Assembly (NCBI RefSeq): GCF_028641065.1
Contig: NC_073391.1
Location: 5,642,001-5,706,000 of the forward strand
Reading direction: 5' to 3'
Length of the DNA: 64,000 nucleotides
Origin: Leucoraja erinacea
Lineage: Eukaryota
Positions within the stretch are counted from its first letter, which is position 1. Every line of letters begins with the position of its first letter. The notes beneath the pieces are model-generated. The model was not told the origin of the DNA. It saw nothing but the letters and a program-made list of their open reading frames with translations, and ran no database searches. Below are positions 48,971 through 61,560 of this stretch, in pieces. The position numbers were made by a program, and so were the translations under genes.

Positions 48971-50019
48971 TAATTGTCGGATTCTACTGATTTGCAACTA
49001 AAATATTATCTGTGTTTGATGTAATGGCCCTTCGACCCGCCATTCAGAGTAAATACGTTTTTAAGCCCATGGCTTTAAAAACAATCGTTTATTACTTTTT
49101 TTTAAATCCTCATAATCTTCATTGTTTTGCTGCTGGCTGGAAAATCCAGCCAATCAATTTAATATTCTGATTTGCACATGTAAATATACATTCTGTTGCT
49201 CAGGAATGTTTCCCCAATGGGAGCATTTAAACCACCCTAGAGAAAAGGAGCATATATGATGCTTTATTTACATTAACTTAAACGGAACTGAACTCCAGCG
49301 ATGACATGATCCAAATTGAGCAGAATAAGCAGCAGGACATCTCTCTTCAGCAACTTAAATTCATCCCCAAACATTAGCAAATGTCTAACTCTGTTGACCA
49401 AACTGTAGTTGCTGCTTAGAGAAAGAATGGACTATTGCTCACAACATCAGCCAGATAATCATTACAGCTTATACACAGAAGCTGGAGTCATTCAGCGGGA
49501 CAGCCAGCATCTTTGGTAGAAGAAATGAGTGATGTTTTGGGTCGAGACCCTTCTTCAGACGAAGACTAGTTGTCTGGTGGGATAAGATGCATGGTCTAGA
49601 TGCATCTCCTGACCTTGTCCCTTCAGGTCATTATACTTTCTACAGCTGCTGTATCTAAGTCTTGATGGTTGACTGCTGGGTCTGGCTATTACAATGTTCT
49701 GCTTCCACTGGAACTCCTGCAAATCTGGAAAGACTTGCATCTCCATGGTCAATGTTAGAAGTTACATCAGAGGCTGGTTATCTCAAATTGTTGAATTTAT
49801 TATTGAGTTCCATGTGCTGCAACATGCCTAGGTAGAACATGAGGTGCCATATTTATATCTGACAGTGGCTTCATTTGAACAGAGTAAGGAGCCAAATATA
49901 GACATCATGAGCACCAAATGCAGTACAGTAAATTGGAAGAAGTACAAATGAATTGCTGCTGCACCTGGAAACAGTGTGTCTGGTTGATGTAATTATGTAA
50001 AAGGAAAGGTGTTATACCA

Positions 50020-50605
50020 GGTGCTATACAGGTGCGGGCTCCTATATATCAGTGAGACCAAACACAGACTGGGCGATCTTTCTCTGAATGCCCAGTCCGC
50101 CTTGGCCTAAGTATCTCCCGGTTGTCAGACATTTTAACTCCCCTTCCCATTTCCACACTGACCTTCCTGTCCTGGGCCTCCTCCCCTCCCAGAGTGAGGC
50201 CACGTGCAAATTGGAGGAACAACATCTCATATATTACTTGGGCAGCTTACACCCCAGCGGTAGGAATATTGAATTCTCTAATTTCAAATAACCCTTGCAT
50301 TCCCTCTATCCCTCCCTCCCCATCGTAGTTGTCCTGGTGGTTCCACTGTCACATCCTTGTAACCCTTCATAGTCACCTCTACCACAGCCAACAATGGGCC
50401 ATTGTGGGCTTTACCATTCCTTGATGATCTGTTAACATCGCTGCTTTGTTCCGGCCTTTTCTCACCTCCAGTTCCTGCCCCTCTACTTTTGGTCTGAAGA
50501 AGGACCTAACCCGAAATGTCACCCATTCGTCATCTCCAGAGATGCTGCCTAACCCACTGAGTTATACCCACTTCGGTATAAACTGGCATCTTTCCTTTCC
50601 TTGTG
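50020..50605 (+). mobile_element. PLE 3' end with GIY-YIG endonuclease remnant
   Basis: CGLLYISETKHRLGD...PVVRHFNSPSH..KLEEQHLI..LGSLHPSGRNIEFSNF, then UTR and hammerhead at ~50491-50524. Confidence 0.85.
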
Positions 50606-51265
50606 TGAGTTCATTCATGTGCCCGTTTTGAGGGAAGGGGAGTGGTATTAAATTCAGGCCTTACCTGATTTAGAATAAAGATGAGCTCACTTTTCCTTAT
50701 TCAACAAAGCAACTGTACCTCCCAAGTTGGTCATCTGCAGACAGGATATAAACTTTTCGATTTCTTTATCAAAGTTAATAAGATGGGGATTCAGTGCCAA
50801 CATCTGTGGATCACCGCGTGTCACCTCCTAGTAATCAGAGAAAATTCCTTTTATTTATAATCTCTCCCTCTCTTACTAACAAACTAACTAACTATTGACC
50901 AATGTCACCAATTACCTTCAATACTGTGCACTCTTATTTATTATAATAATACTATTTTCTGAACCTCTGAAATGCCTAATGGTAACCAGTATACAACCAT
51001 AGATATTTACCTGTCTACCATGCTCCCAAAAAATGTCAACACAGTTTGGCAGAGCTATCCTTAATATGTCAATGTTTATGCTTTGTGGTTAGTAAAAACC
51101 TCTTCAAGTGTTCAGTCATTTCATCACCAATGTTAGATGAAAACATGAGTTATATGAGAAAAAAACATACTAGTAAAATGGGAGTTTCTCTACAGCATGG
51201 ACATCAAGTGATGAAAAATTAAGATTCAATCATCTTAGAACTAGGAAGAAATATCTTTAATTGGA

Positions 51266-51538
51266 CTTCATTGGACTTTAGGGAGGAACTGCAGATGCTG
51301 GTTTAAACCAAAGATAGACACCCAATGCCGGAGTAACTCAGTGGGTCGGACAGCATTTCTGCAGAAAATGAATAGGTGACATTTCGGGTCCAGTCCCTTC
51401 TTCAGACTTCAGACATTCTTCAGACTCGAGTCTGAAGACGGCTCTCGACCCAAAACGTCACCTAATCCTTTTCTCCAGAGATGCTATTTGACCCACTGAG
51501 TTACTCCAGCTTTTTGTGTCTATCTTCATTGGACTTTA
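51266..51538. mobile_element. PLE-derived hairpin mini-element with 15-bp TSD
   Basis: CTTCATTGGACTTTA at 51266-51280 and 51524-51538; hammerhead motif on both strands. Confidence 0.85.
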
Positions 51539-51924
51539 TCTTGCACTAAATGTTGTACTCTTTATCCTCTAAGCCAAGCGCATGATAAGCAGAATTGCTA
51601 TGTCACTAGCAGAAAATGCTAGGGATACTCAACAGATCAGGCAGTATCTGAAGAGAGTTGAACAGAGTTAACCATCAAGGTCATTGACTCATTGGCTGAA
51701 CCTTAAAATGTGCCATTTACTGCTTCCCGTTTTGCAGGCACTGAACCATGAATTGACCCAAACTGCCAACCTTTGCTCAGCATGTTGCAATGATGATCCT
51801 AGAGCTCCAAGTAGACGGGTTGCTAGATTTCCAGCCCTCATTGCAGGTCTTCCATAATAGCAGGAATTCACAAGGTGCTGAATGATTCCATCAGCTGCCC
51901 ACAAACTGCATACTATGTCTATCT

Positions 51925-52130
51925 GTGTAGGAAGCAATTGCTGATTTTGTTTTACACCTAAGATGGACACAAATTGCTGTAGTAACTCAGCGGGGCAGGC
52001 AGCATCTCTGAAGAGGAATGCATGACGTTCGGGTCGAGACCTTCAGAGTAAAAGGGTCTCGACCCAAAGCATCACCCATTCCCTCACTCCTGCCTGCCAC
52101 CTGAGTTACTCCAGCATTTTGTGTCTACCT
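51925..52130. mobile_element. PLE-derived hairpin mini-element (diverged)
   Basis: Inverted pLTR arms. Confidence 0.7.
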
Positions 52131-52992
52131 GTTGATTTGCAGATGTCATCAGGCCAACCCTGCTGCAAACCAACCTGAGAGGAATTATTATTCCAACATA
52201 TTGTGTCTTATCTATTAAATGATCATATCCCTTCAAGTCCAACTTAAAACCTTCAAGGACAGATGGTGCATTGAATTTCCTTCATCTCCTTGAGTGAGCT
52301 CCAAATCAGAGCCATTTCAGTCCAGGATCTGACTCTACCTTGGCACGAGGAATGGAAAACTGTGCAGAAAGTTTCACAAAGTTACATAATACTTGAAGAC
52401 TATTAAAAAAAAGTGGACTAACAGTGCAATATTCTGGGGAATTGCACTTTAAATGAGTAACTAAAATATCAAAAAATATTTTGTCAATAACACAAGTATG
52501 AACATGTAGAAGGCAATTTTGCACCACAAAATTAAATGTTAAAATATTGATTTGGAAACTAGATTCCAAATCAATACTTTAAAAATGTTATTTTATTTTT
52601 GGAACAATATCAAATATCTTTTCAAATTTTCTTCCTTGGAAATATATATGATACAAAATAATTCAATTTTAGTATTCTACAACCCAGGAGAAGTATCATG
52701 CAGCGCAAAGCATGGAGTATAAATCATATTTTCTTACAGGTTTTCATGACCTGGGAGTGTGACTTTCACTAGATTCCTGATGTGAATAAGAAAGTCACAG
52801 TAAAAGTAATTCTACGCTAAGTTTCACGGTATATGAAAAAATTATATGTGTATTAAATATGTATGATCATATCTCTGCAGAAACATGTCAATTACAATAG
52901 CTGGACTTTGCTTATGTCTAGTTCTCATGGACAAATCATTGGATGAATTTGATGCACATGAAGAAACAGATTTAAAATATGATTGTTTTAAG

Positions 52993-53378
52993 GTGTAGGA
53001 AGGAACTGCTGATGCTGGTTGACACTGAAGATAGACACCTGAGACAGTTCGGATAGGCAACGTCTCTGGAGAGAAGGAATGGGTAACGTTTTGGGTTGAG
53101 ACCCTTCTTCAGACTGAGAGTCAGGGGAGAGGGAGTTTAGGGATATGGAAGGGTAAGATGTGAAAACTTACCCTTCCATGCCTCTAAATTGTTTAAAGAT
53201 ACCGGACAGAGGCTTTATAGTGACCTTGTAGTAGGAAGGAACTGCAGATGCTGGTTTACACCGAGGATAGACACAAAATGCTGGAATAACTCGACTGGAC
53301 AGGCAGCCTCTCTGGTAAGAAGGAATGGGTGATGTTTTGGGACTCAAACCCAAAATGTCACCCATTCCTTCTATCCAG
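52993..53378 (-). mobile_element. Two PLE terminal repeats
   Basis: pLTR consensus starting at ~52993 and ~53231. Confidence 0.75.
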
Positions 53379-53828
53379 TGTCAATATAGTGTTGTATATC
53401 TAGATTTCATTACATACATTATTTATGTTTAACTTTGCATATCTAGAAAGTGGAATAAGCATCTGATGAGATGTTTATTTTACCAGATAGATCACAAGCA
53501 TGCACTAGAAAAAGGTTAAGGACCCAACATGGCGAGCCCTTTTTTTTTGCTGCATTAATGAGAAGGAACTCATAACTCCATAATTTCCACAGATCCAAAG
53601 CCATAACAGAGATCACCCATGGCAGAGAACTCCTCAGCTTGGAAAAGTAGGTTCTCATTTGATCACGAGTTGGATGGGAAACATAGAAGTATGCACATGG
53701 AACCATTGATTATCAGCACACAGAATTGTCCTCTATGTAAATATATTTTTGGGCCAACAATTGGTCTGGTCTGACATTTATCCATTCCATTCAAGCGGAA
53801 AAGCCCATAAGGAATTCTATGAACTATT

Positions 53829-54443
53829 GCTCAGTTCAGTTTAGTTTATTGTCACGTGTACCGAGGTACAGTGAAAAGTTTTTGTTGTGTGCTATCCAGT
53901 CAGCAGAAAGACAATAGATGTTTGACCCAGTTACAGTGTATAGATACATGATATGGGAATAACATTTAGTGCAAGGTAAAGCCAGCAAAGTCCAATCAAG
54001 GATAGTCTGAGGGTCGTCAATGAGGTAGATAGTAGTTCAGCACTGCTCTCTGGTTGTGATACGATGATTCCGCTGCCTGATAACAGCTGGGAAGAAACTG
54101 TCCCTGAATCTGGAGGGGTGCGTTTTCACACTTCTATACCTTTTGCCTGATGGGAGAGGGGAGAAGAGGGACTAGCCAGGGTGCGACTCATCCTTGATTA
54201 TGCTGTTGGCCTTGCCGAGGCAGCGTGAGGTATAAATTGACTCAATAGAAGGGAGGTTGGTTTGTGTGATGGTCTGTACTGCGTCCACAATTTGCTGCAA
54301 TTTCTTGTGGTTTTGGATGGAGCTGTTCGGAAACCAAGCTGTGATGCATCCTGATAAAATGCTTTCTACGGGGCATCTGTAGAAGTCTGTGAGAGTTGTA
54401 GGGGACATGCCAAACTTCCTAAGCCTTGTAAGGAAGTAGAGGT
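53829..54443 (-). mobile_element. Rex1/Babar LINE 3' fragment
   Basis: LYFLTRLRKFGMSP..FYRCPVESILSGCITAWF..IIKDESHPG; tail TGTACCTCGGTACACGTGACAATAAA. Confidence 0.9.
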
Positions 54444-55309
54444 GGACTAGAGTATAAGTGCTGAGTATCCGTCACTGTGGTGGGCTACAAAGAGGCGAGC
54501 AATACACAGCTGCGTATTTTTCTTGGATCAAGGCTGAATTCCAGACATGTTAATGGATCTGAATGCTGTATATCAGGTGTGATATTTAAGCAAGAATAAA
54601 TAATTAACAAAAGAAGCTAGCCTATGCATTGATCTCCACCCACTGTTGACTCAATATGACAACGATTTCATCAGTATTGTACAGTTACCACAGCACTGTT
54701 GAGCCGTCACTTTTACTGATCTCCTCTCTGTCTTTGTGCCAAGCAACAAACAAAATCAAAAGCCCATTTTGCCCAATCTGCTTCCTGCAGTTGTAAAAGG
54801 TCATTAAAAATTAGCTTTAATACTGCTGTGCTGGAAATACATATTCAGGACGTGATTGTGTGTGCCCCATTGGAATTGTGTCCAATAGCTTCTGTGAGAT
54901 AAATATTTAAAAAAGGGTCAGAGATAATCTCTGAATATTATCTCTGAGGAGGTGGCAACTGAATATTTTAAACTGTTTACTGTTTTGCAAAGCTGAATAT
55001 TAGACAACTTATGCAACATTGAGAACACTTTCTTCACCACTTCTGATATTTTCTCTTGATAATTTCCCACTTTTTCCTTCTTAAAATAGTGAGTACACAT
55101 CAGAAAAGCATTAGCTGCAATGTGGTTTGGGGTTTAGTGAGGTTTTGAAAGACATTCTGACTCCTTAGTTATTCTGTAGACTTTACTCATGCCACTTGGA
55201 ACCTATCTTAACCTGAAAGTCGCCACCATCTCCTGAGCATCACCTCACCCATCAATACCTCTCAAGCAATTGTTAGAAAAGAAGAACATCTTCACCTTTC
55301 TCTCACTTT

Positions 55310-55550
55310 TGCCTTCTGAGGTTACGTCCGCACCAGGGTGGGGACTGCGCACTCTCCACGGGCACCGCGGGGGTGGAATGCATCCTTGACAAGGATTGTA
55401 ATATCGTTGTTTAATTTTCAGTATATTGATATTTAAGTATATTTGTTTGACTTTGTGCTATGGAGGTGGGTATTTTGTATTAGAAATATTGTTATACTTG
55501 TAACTAATTGATTTAAATTGTTTTGGGTTATCAAAATATGATATACAAGC
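55310..55550 (+). mobile_element. Possible L1/Tx1-type LINE 3' remnant
   Basis: APRGVECILDKDCNIVV* followed by T-rich UTR; recognition from memory only. Confidence 0.4.
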
Positions 55551-55884
55551 TGAATATACAGTGATGATGCTTCGTCAGGTTAACACCTTTCATGTTTAAC
55601 ACCTTCAAAATCTCATGCTGGCTCCAGCTTCTCACCGTATACAATTATCCTGCAAGGCAGCCTGGCTTCCTATGTCTTTAACACACAGGAAGAACTTAAA
55701 TTAACTGGAGGAGCCAGTACCTCGAAATTACGTCTGTCTCTGTTGTTCCATTTTAACTTTCTCACAACATGTCAGCCACTAAGTTTTCAAACTTGGAAAC
55801 GATGAGTCTACGTGTGAAGAAATGCAAATATTTTCTGCATCTGTACTTAAAACCTTCCCCAAAGCAATGGCCCCACATCACTTG

Positions 55885-56410
55885 TGGTACGATGGCACAG
55901 CTGGTAAAGTTGCTGCTTCACTATGCCAGAGACCTGGGGTCAATTCTGACCTTGAGTGTTGTCTGTGTGGAGTTTGCACAATCTCCCTGTGACCACGTGG
56001 GTTTCTTCTGGTGTTCAGTTCAGTTCAGTTCTGTTCAGTTTAGTTTATTGTCACATGCACTGAGGTGCAGTGAAAAGCTTTTGTTGCGTGCTATGTAATG
56101 TTGTGTTTATTTTTAATCGGTGTGCTGCAAATGGCAATTTAAATTTCACTGCACTAATTGGTATATGTGACAATAAATGTCCTTTGTCGTTTGTCCTTTC
56201 CAGTCAGCAGAAAGACAATACATGATTATAATTGAGCCATTTAGTTTAGTTTAGTTTCGAGATACAGTGCAGAAACATGCCCTTTGGCCTACCGGGTTAG
56301 CACCGACCAGCGATTCCCGCAAATTAACAATATCTACACACACTTGGGATGATTTTTACATTTACCAAGCCAATTAACCTACATACCTGTACGTCTTTGG
56401 AGTGTAGGAG
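55885..56410. mobile_element. Cluster of V-SINE and Rex1-tail fragments
   Basis: SINE head on plus at 55885-56010, Rex1 tails at 56015-56235, SINE 3' half on minus at 56240-56410. Confidence 0.7.
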
Positions 56411-56581
56411 GTTGTAGATTGATTATGCATGCTAACACATAGTTAGCATCATTAACCAATCTCCATCCTTCCCCCTAAAAACTAAATGTGAAAGGGCACC
56501 CATACCGTGGAGTTAAACATGCTCGCCATATCTATCTGGCGGTCTACTGACACAGGCCGAGCGCGTCCGGACCAGACCCTC

Positions 56582-56798
56582 TGTAGGTGAACTCCAGACA
56601 CGCTATGTGATCCAAAATCATCTTTAATCAGCACTTAAACTTTAACAGCATGAAGGATGGTTAGATATCAGAACATGCCAACTGCTGCTCGAACTGCCAG
56701 AAGCAAGTGTTAATATAACCATTCTAGCGGGGTGGGGTTAATGATGCTAACTATGTGTGATTGGTTAACATGCATAATCAATCTACATCCTTCCCCCT
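56582..56798 (-). mobile_element. Short LTR (206 bp, 56582-56787) preceded by a polypurine tract
   Basis: Minus strand AGGGGGAAGGA|TGTAG...CTACA, with ATTAAA near the 3' end. Confidence 0.7.
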
Positions 56799-57774
56799 AA
56801 AAACTAAATGTGAAAGGGCACCCATGCCACGCTCGGGCCGTGTCAGTAGACCGCCAGATAGATATGGCGAGTATGTTTAACTCCATGGCAACTCTACCGC
56901 TGTGCTATTGTGCTGCCCCTTTGTCCTGGCAACTTATGCCTTGCAAGTATCTGAAACATAAAATCATCGATCATTCAATATAGAAACATATCATTCCTCT
57001 GATGACTATTAAGCACTTATTTTATACTTCTCCCATTTTATTCTCCCACATACCCATCGACCAGCATTAGAGTCTACCACACACCTAGGTGCCGTTTACA
57101 ATAGCCAATTAATCTGCCAACCCCTATGTCTTTAAAATGTGGGAGAAACTGGATCACCTTGAGGAATCCCATGCTATTTTGGGAGAACATGCAAACTCCA
57201 CACAACAGTGCCCAAGGTCAGTATTAAACCAGGATGTTTGCAGCTGGTTGGTGGTTGCTCTTTGAACTGTGTCACTCTGCAATCCCGCATGGAAACCCAA
57301 TGCAAGGCAGGTCAAATGATTACAGAAATTTTACATTTCGGTGATTTTCCAATGAGTTCTACTTGTATCTCAGGGAAACTGTGAACTTCCATGATTTCAA
57401 TGGGAGTTGATGCTTATTAGTAAATATCAGCTGTACTTGTATTCATTGCTTTGGATATACCCAAAGTGAATAAGCTAGACAGACACTCAAAGACACTTCT
57501 TTAATAATCTATTAATAGTTTATGCATTGCAGAACATGAAAGTTTAGTGTGAATAATTAACAAAATGAAAGGAGATGTAAGCCTTTCCACCAGTGACGAA
57601 CACTAGTAGTGAAGAATGAACATGGCTGGTACCATAGAAGACAGTTCTGATTTTGGAGAAGCTGACTGAAGGCTAATTGACTAAGTATGCACTACTGGCA
57701 GGAAATCTCATTGCTGTCAACACACATCACAGATGCACCCAGCACACAATCCATTGTCCTTCCTTAGTTTTTAA

Positions 57775-58055
57775 TTTACTTTAGTTTAGAGATACAGCGT
57801 GGAAACAGGCCCTTCGGCCTACCGAGTCCGCATCGACCAGTGATCCCCGCACACTAACACTATCCTACACAATTTACATTTTATACCAAACCAACTAGTC
57901 TACAAACCTGCACGTCTTTGGAGTGTGGAAGGAAACTGAAGATCTCAGAGAAAACCCACGTGTTCACGGAGAGAACGTACAAAGTCCATACAGACAACAC
58001 CCCTGGTTAGGATCGAACCCGGGTCGCTGGTGCTGATGCTGCGCCACCGTGCTCC
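57775..58055 (-). mobile_element. V-SINE
   Basis: Tail, core and partial head. Confidence 0.85.
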
Positions 58056-58119
58056 CCCTCTAGAAATAATGCATGGGTTGTGGTCATTGTTCATGGTAAT
58101 TTTGGTGGTTTTCTATCTA

Positions 58120-58195
58120 AATTTGGCAACATTTGGTTATATTTGGCTATATTTGGTTATATTTGGCTATATTGGCTATCTAAAAATTGGCTTTA
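58120..58195 (+). repeat. 10-bp tandem repeat (ATTTGG(C/T)TAT)n
   Basis: Direct reading; abuts the 5' junction of a CR1 tail. Confidence 0.85.
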
Positions 58196-58200
58196 TTTAC

Positions 58201-58358
58201 GAGAGTTAGATGTGGCCCTTGTGGCTAAAGGGATCAGGGGGTATGGAGGGAAGGCAGGTACAGAATACTGATCAGCCATGATCATATTGAATGGTAGTGC
58301 AGGCTTGTAGGGCTGAATGGCCTACTCCTGCACCTATTTTCTATGTTTCTATGTTTCT
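58201..58358 (+). mobile_element. CR1 3' tail
   Basis: RELDVALVAKGIRGYG; (TTTCTATG)n. Confidence 0.85.
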
Positions 58359-59859
58359 AAAGTCTTGACTACACAATGATAGCAAGATATTTGTTCCTTT
58401 CCTCAGTTGCTCAGTAGCTGTTCGGAAGCTGATCTCTGGCAAGCCTCAGTTGGCATTGATCCAAGTGACTGGTATTTTAGCGCCAATATATCAGAGACTA
58501 TGTCTGTGAAGTGAATGTGCAACACCTTGGCTGACTTACCAACTTTCTTAACTGTGCCCCAAATCACTTTCAGACATTGGATTTTAATTCTAAGGAATTT
58601 GAGGACAAACGGTTGTTCATTTTTGAAATCAATTATCATCTGAAGATCCTCTGCGGTATGATGTTAGCACTTTGCCTCTTTGCTGAAATTATAAAATCCT
58701 TCTGACAGCTTGTCAGGAAGCTCTGCTTGAAGTTTGCATCTTTGAAGTATCTGGTCGTCAGTGATATGCAGCAGTTTTTATGTCATTGAAACGCTTGAAT
58801 ATGACAAACCCCACCATAGCTTAGAATAGAAGTCAACTTGCATTTCCCCAGTGTAAGACTGAGACTCTAAAATGGTAAAGAATGAATCTCATTTATTGAT
58901 TTAGAATCTGGAAAGAAATGTTACTTATTCAGCGATTGTAGATGATTACCATCATGCATTTTAGAAAACCTAAAACCATGCAAATGGTTTTGCACAATTT
59001 CTGGTGCATGGAATTCATTACAAGAAGTTGAGAATGAAATGTGAGATTAAAGAGCCATTTCTCAGGGATTGTAGTGCGGTAAGCCTCGAATATAGCAGAC
59101 TGGTGACTTCAATGAGCGATTCACTTACCCAATGCAAAGTGTAGAAAAATGCTAATGTGTTTATTGGCAAAGCATCAACTCGCACTTTTAACTCGTTTAT
59201 TGGAGTTATTGATCATGAATGACAATTTGACAAATAGGATGCACATGAAATGCCATGGATCACATTTGCAGCATTTTTTGTTAGCTAAGCAGAGGAAATG
59301 ATAATATTTCATGCCACAAATATAATTATCTCCAGCTCCTTCAAGTCAAGAGATTATGACTTTGAAATGATTGTGTGACTGACGAACTGTTGGAGAGCCC
59401 CCTAGTGCATTCATCAAAATTGATTGAAAGGAAACGTGCTGGATTTTAATGTTTCGGAGAGCATCGGTTTGAGAGACTCTGGGAAGGGATGACTCCCATG
59501 AAGTTGAAGACATGTCGGGAAGCTGAGCCCAGCGTGCAGACTTCCACAGTTAACGGCAGTGGATTAGATTGCCTTCATTTAACCCTCTTGGGAGAGGTGC
59601 GATAACCAATTTCAAAGGGATAATCAGTCAATCACAAAGACATGATCCTGGTGTTTGCAGCTTAGAGATGGGTTCATGGATGTCTGAACTCACCTGGAAA
59701 CTCACCTGGAAAGCGTGTGAAAACGGCATCAATTTAGAAGGCAATACAAGGCAACTCTGGACAGCTGTACTAATTATCTGCACTGTAGAGCTCTGATCAA
59801 TCTAATCCACACCAGCACTCCTAATGTTGCATTCTTTTGGATGGAGCTCTGATCAATCA

Positions 59860-60483
59860 GTGCATCGAATGTATCTGCTGGTCCAGATGTGGACTATACC
59901 TCGCCGAGACCAAGCGCAGGCTGGCTGATCATTTTGCTGAACACCTCCACTCAGTCCGCCTAAACCTACCTGATTTCACGGTTGCTAAACACTTTAACTC
60001 TCCCTTCCATACCTCGACCTTACTGCCTGGGCCTCCCCCATTGTCAGAGTGAGGCCCAACGCAAATTGGAGGAACAGCTCCTCATATTTCGCTTGGGCAT
60101 CTTACACCCCAGCGGTACGAATATTGACTTCTCTAACTTGCTTTCCCTCTCGCTCCATCCCACCCCCTTCCTAATCCTCCGACCAGTCTGACTGTCCCTC
60201 TGATTACATTTTATTTCTGTAACCTTTGTTGTCGCTATCTCCTTACTAACAATGTCGCAATACTACAATTTCCCTGAATGCATCTCCTTTGATGTCTCAT
60301 TTTCACACCATACCCATCCATATCTCTGTGTCTCCCTCTCCCCTGACTCTCCGTCTGAAGAAAGGTCTTGACGCGAAACATCACCCATTCTTTCTATCCA
60401 GAGATGCTGCCTGGCCCGCTGAGCTATTCCAGCACTTTGTGACTATCTTCAGCGTAAACCAGCATCTGCAGTTCCTTCCTACA
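59860..60483 (+). mobile_element. PLE 3' end with GIY-YIG remnant
   Basis: CICWSRCGLYLAETKRRLADHFAEHL..VAKHFNS..KLEEQLLIFRLG; hammerhead at ~60352-60386. Confidence 0.85.
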
Positions 60484-61147
60484 CATCACATTTTCTTTGT
60501 TGCCGCTGCAATTTGTCAACGAGCAAATGTAAAGAAGACAAATTGAAGAGTGCCTGGAGTTCCCTGTAACCTTTGTCCCAGATTCTCTGCTGTTCATCTC
60601 ACCTTCCCTTTTTGCTCTTGCTCACGTGCTGTATGAGATGCCTGGTGTAAACCTACCGATCGTTCTTTCTGACATGAAGATTCTCGACCCGAAACGTCAC
60701 CTATGCCTTCTCTCCAGAGATGCTGCTTGTCCCGCTGAGTTACTCCAGCATTTTGTGTCTATCTTCAGCATCTGCAGTTCTTTCCCACACTACGTATTTG
60801 GAGATATGGTGTAATGTAGGGTAACAGATAGTCTTGTGTGAAATTAAATACATTAATTTAAGGAACACTCAGCCTGTGTGAACCAACCTGATCTCCCGGT
60901 TGCTGGACACTTTAATTCTCCTTCCCATTCCAACACAGACCTTTCTGTCCTCGGTCTTCTCCATTGTCAGAGTGAGGCTGAACGCAAATTGGAGGAACAG
61001 CATCTCATAATTTGCTTGGGCAGCTTAGAGCCCAGTGGTATGAATATTGATTTTTCTCACTTCAGGTAGCCCCGGCATTCCCTCTCTCTCAATTGCTCCC
61101 CCACCCAATTTGCACTAGCTTCTCATTTTCACCCTACAAACAGCTTA

Positions 61148-61416
61148 TGGGCCGGTCCCACTTAGGCTATTTTTAGGCGACTGCCGGCCCCCTTCGACTG
61201 TCAAGCTACGCTCATTGGTGTCAAAGCCACAGTTGCCGACTATCTCCGAAAATGTTTCAACATGTTGAAAATCTAGCAGCGACGAGAAAGATGCTACGAC
61301 TCTTTGGGCGACTGAGGAGACGACTCACGACCATACAGGCGACACCCCGGCAACCACGTGGCAACAGCCTAGTCGCCTGTAGTCGCCTAAAAATTTGCTT
61401 AAGTGGAACAGGCCCA
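61148..61416. mobile_element. PIF/Harbinger MITE with TTA TSD
   Basis: CAGC-TTA|TGGGCC...GGCCCA|TTA-CAATGG; removal restores the PLE UTR seen at 8187-8205. Confidence 0.9.
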
Positions 61417-61524
61417 TTACAATGGCCTGTTTCCTTTATCATTACTTTTTTTGCATATCTTTCATTCATTGTTCCTTATCTCTCCACATCACCGTCTATA
61501 TCTCTCGTTTCCCTTATCTCCAAC

Positions 61525-61560
61525 CAGTCTGAAGAAGGGTCTCGACCCAAAACGTCACCC
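61525..61560 (+). ncRNA. Minimal hammerhead ribozyme motif (G12>A change)
   Basis: CAGT-CTGAAGA-A-GGGT-CTCG-ACCC-AAAA-CG-TC-ACCC. Confidence 0.5.
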
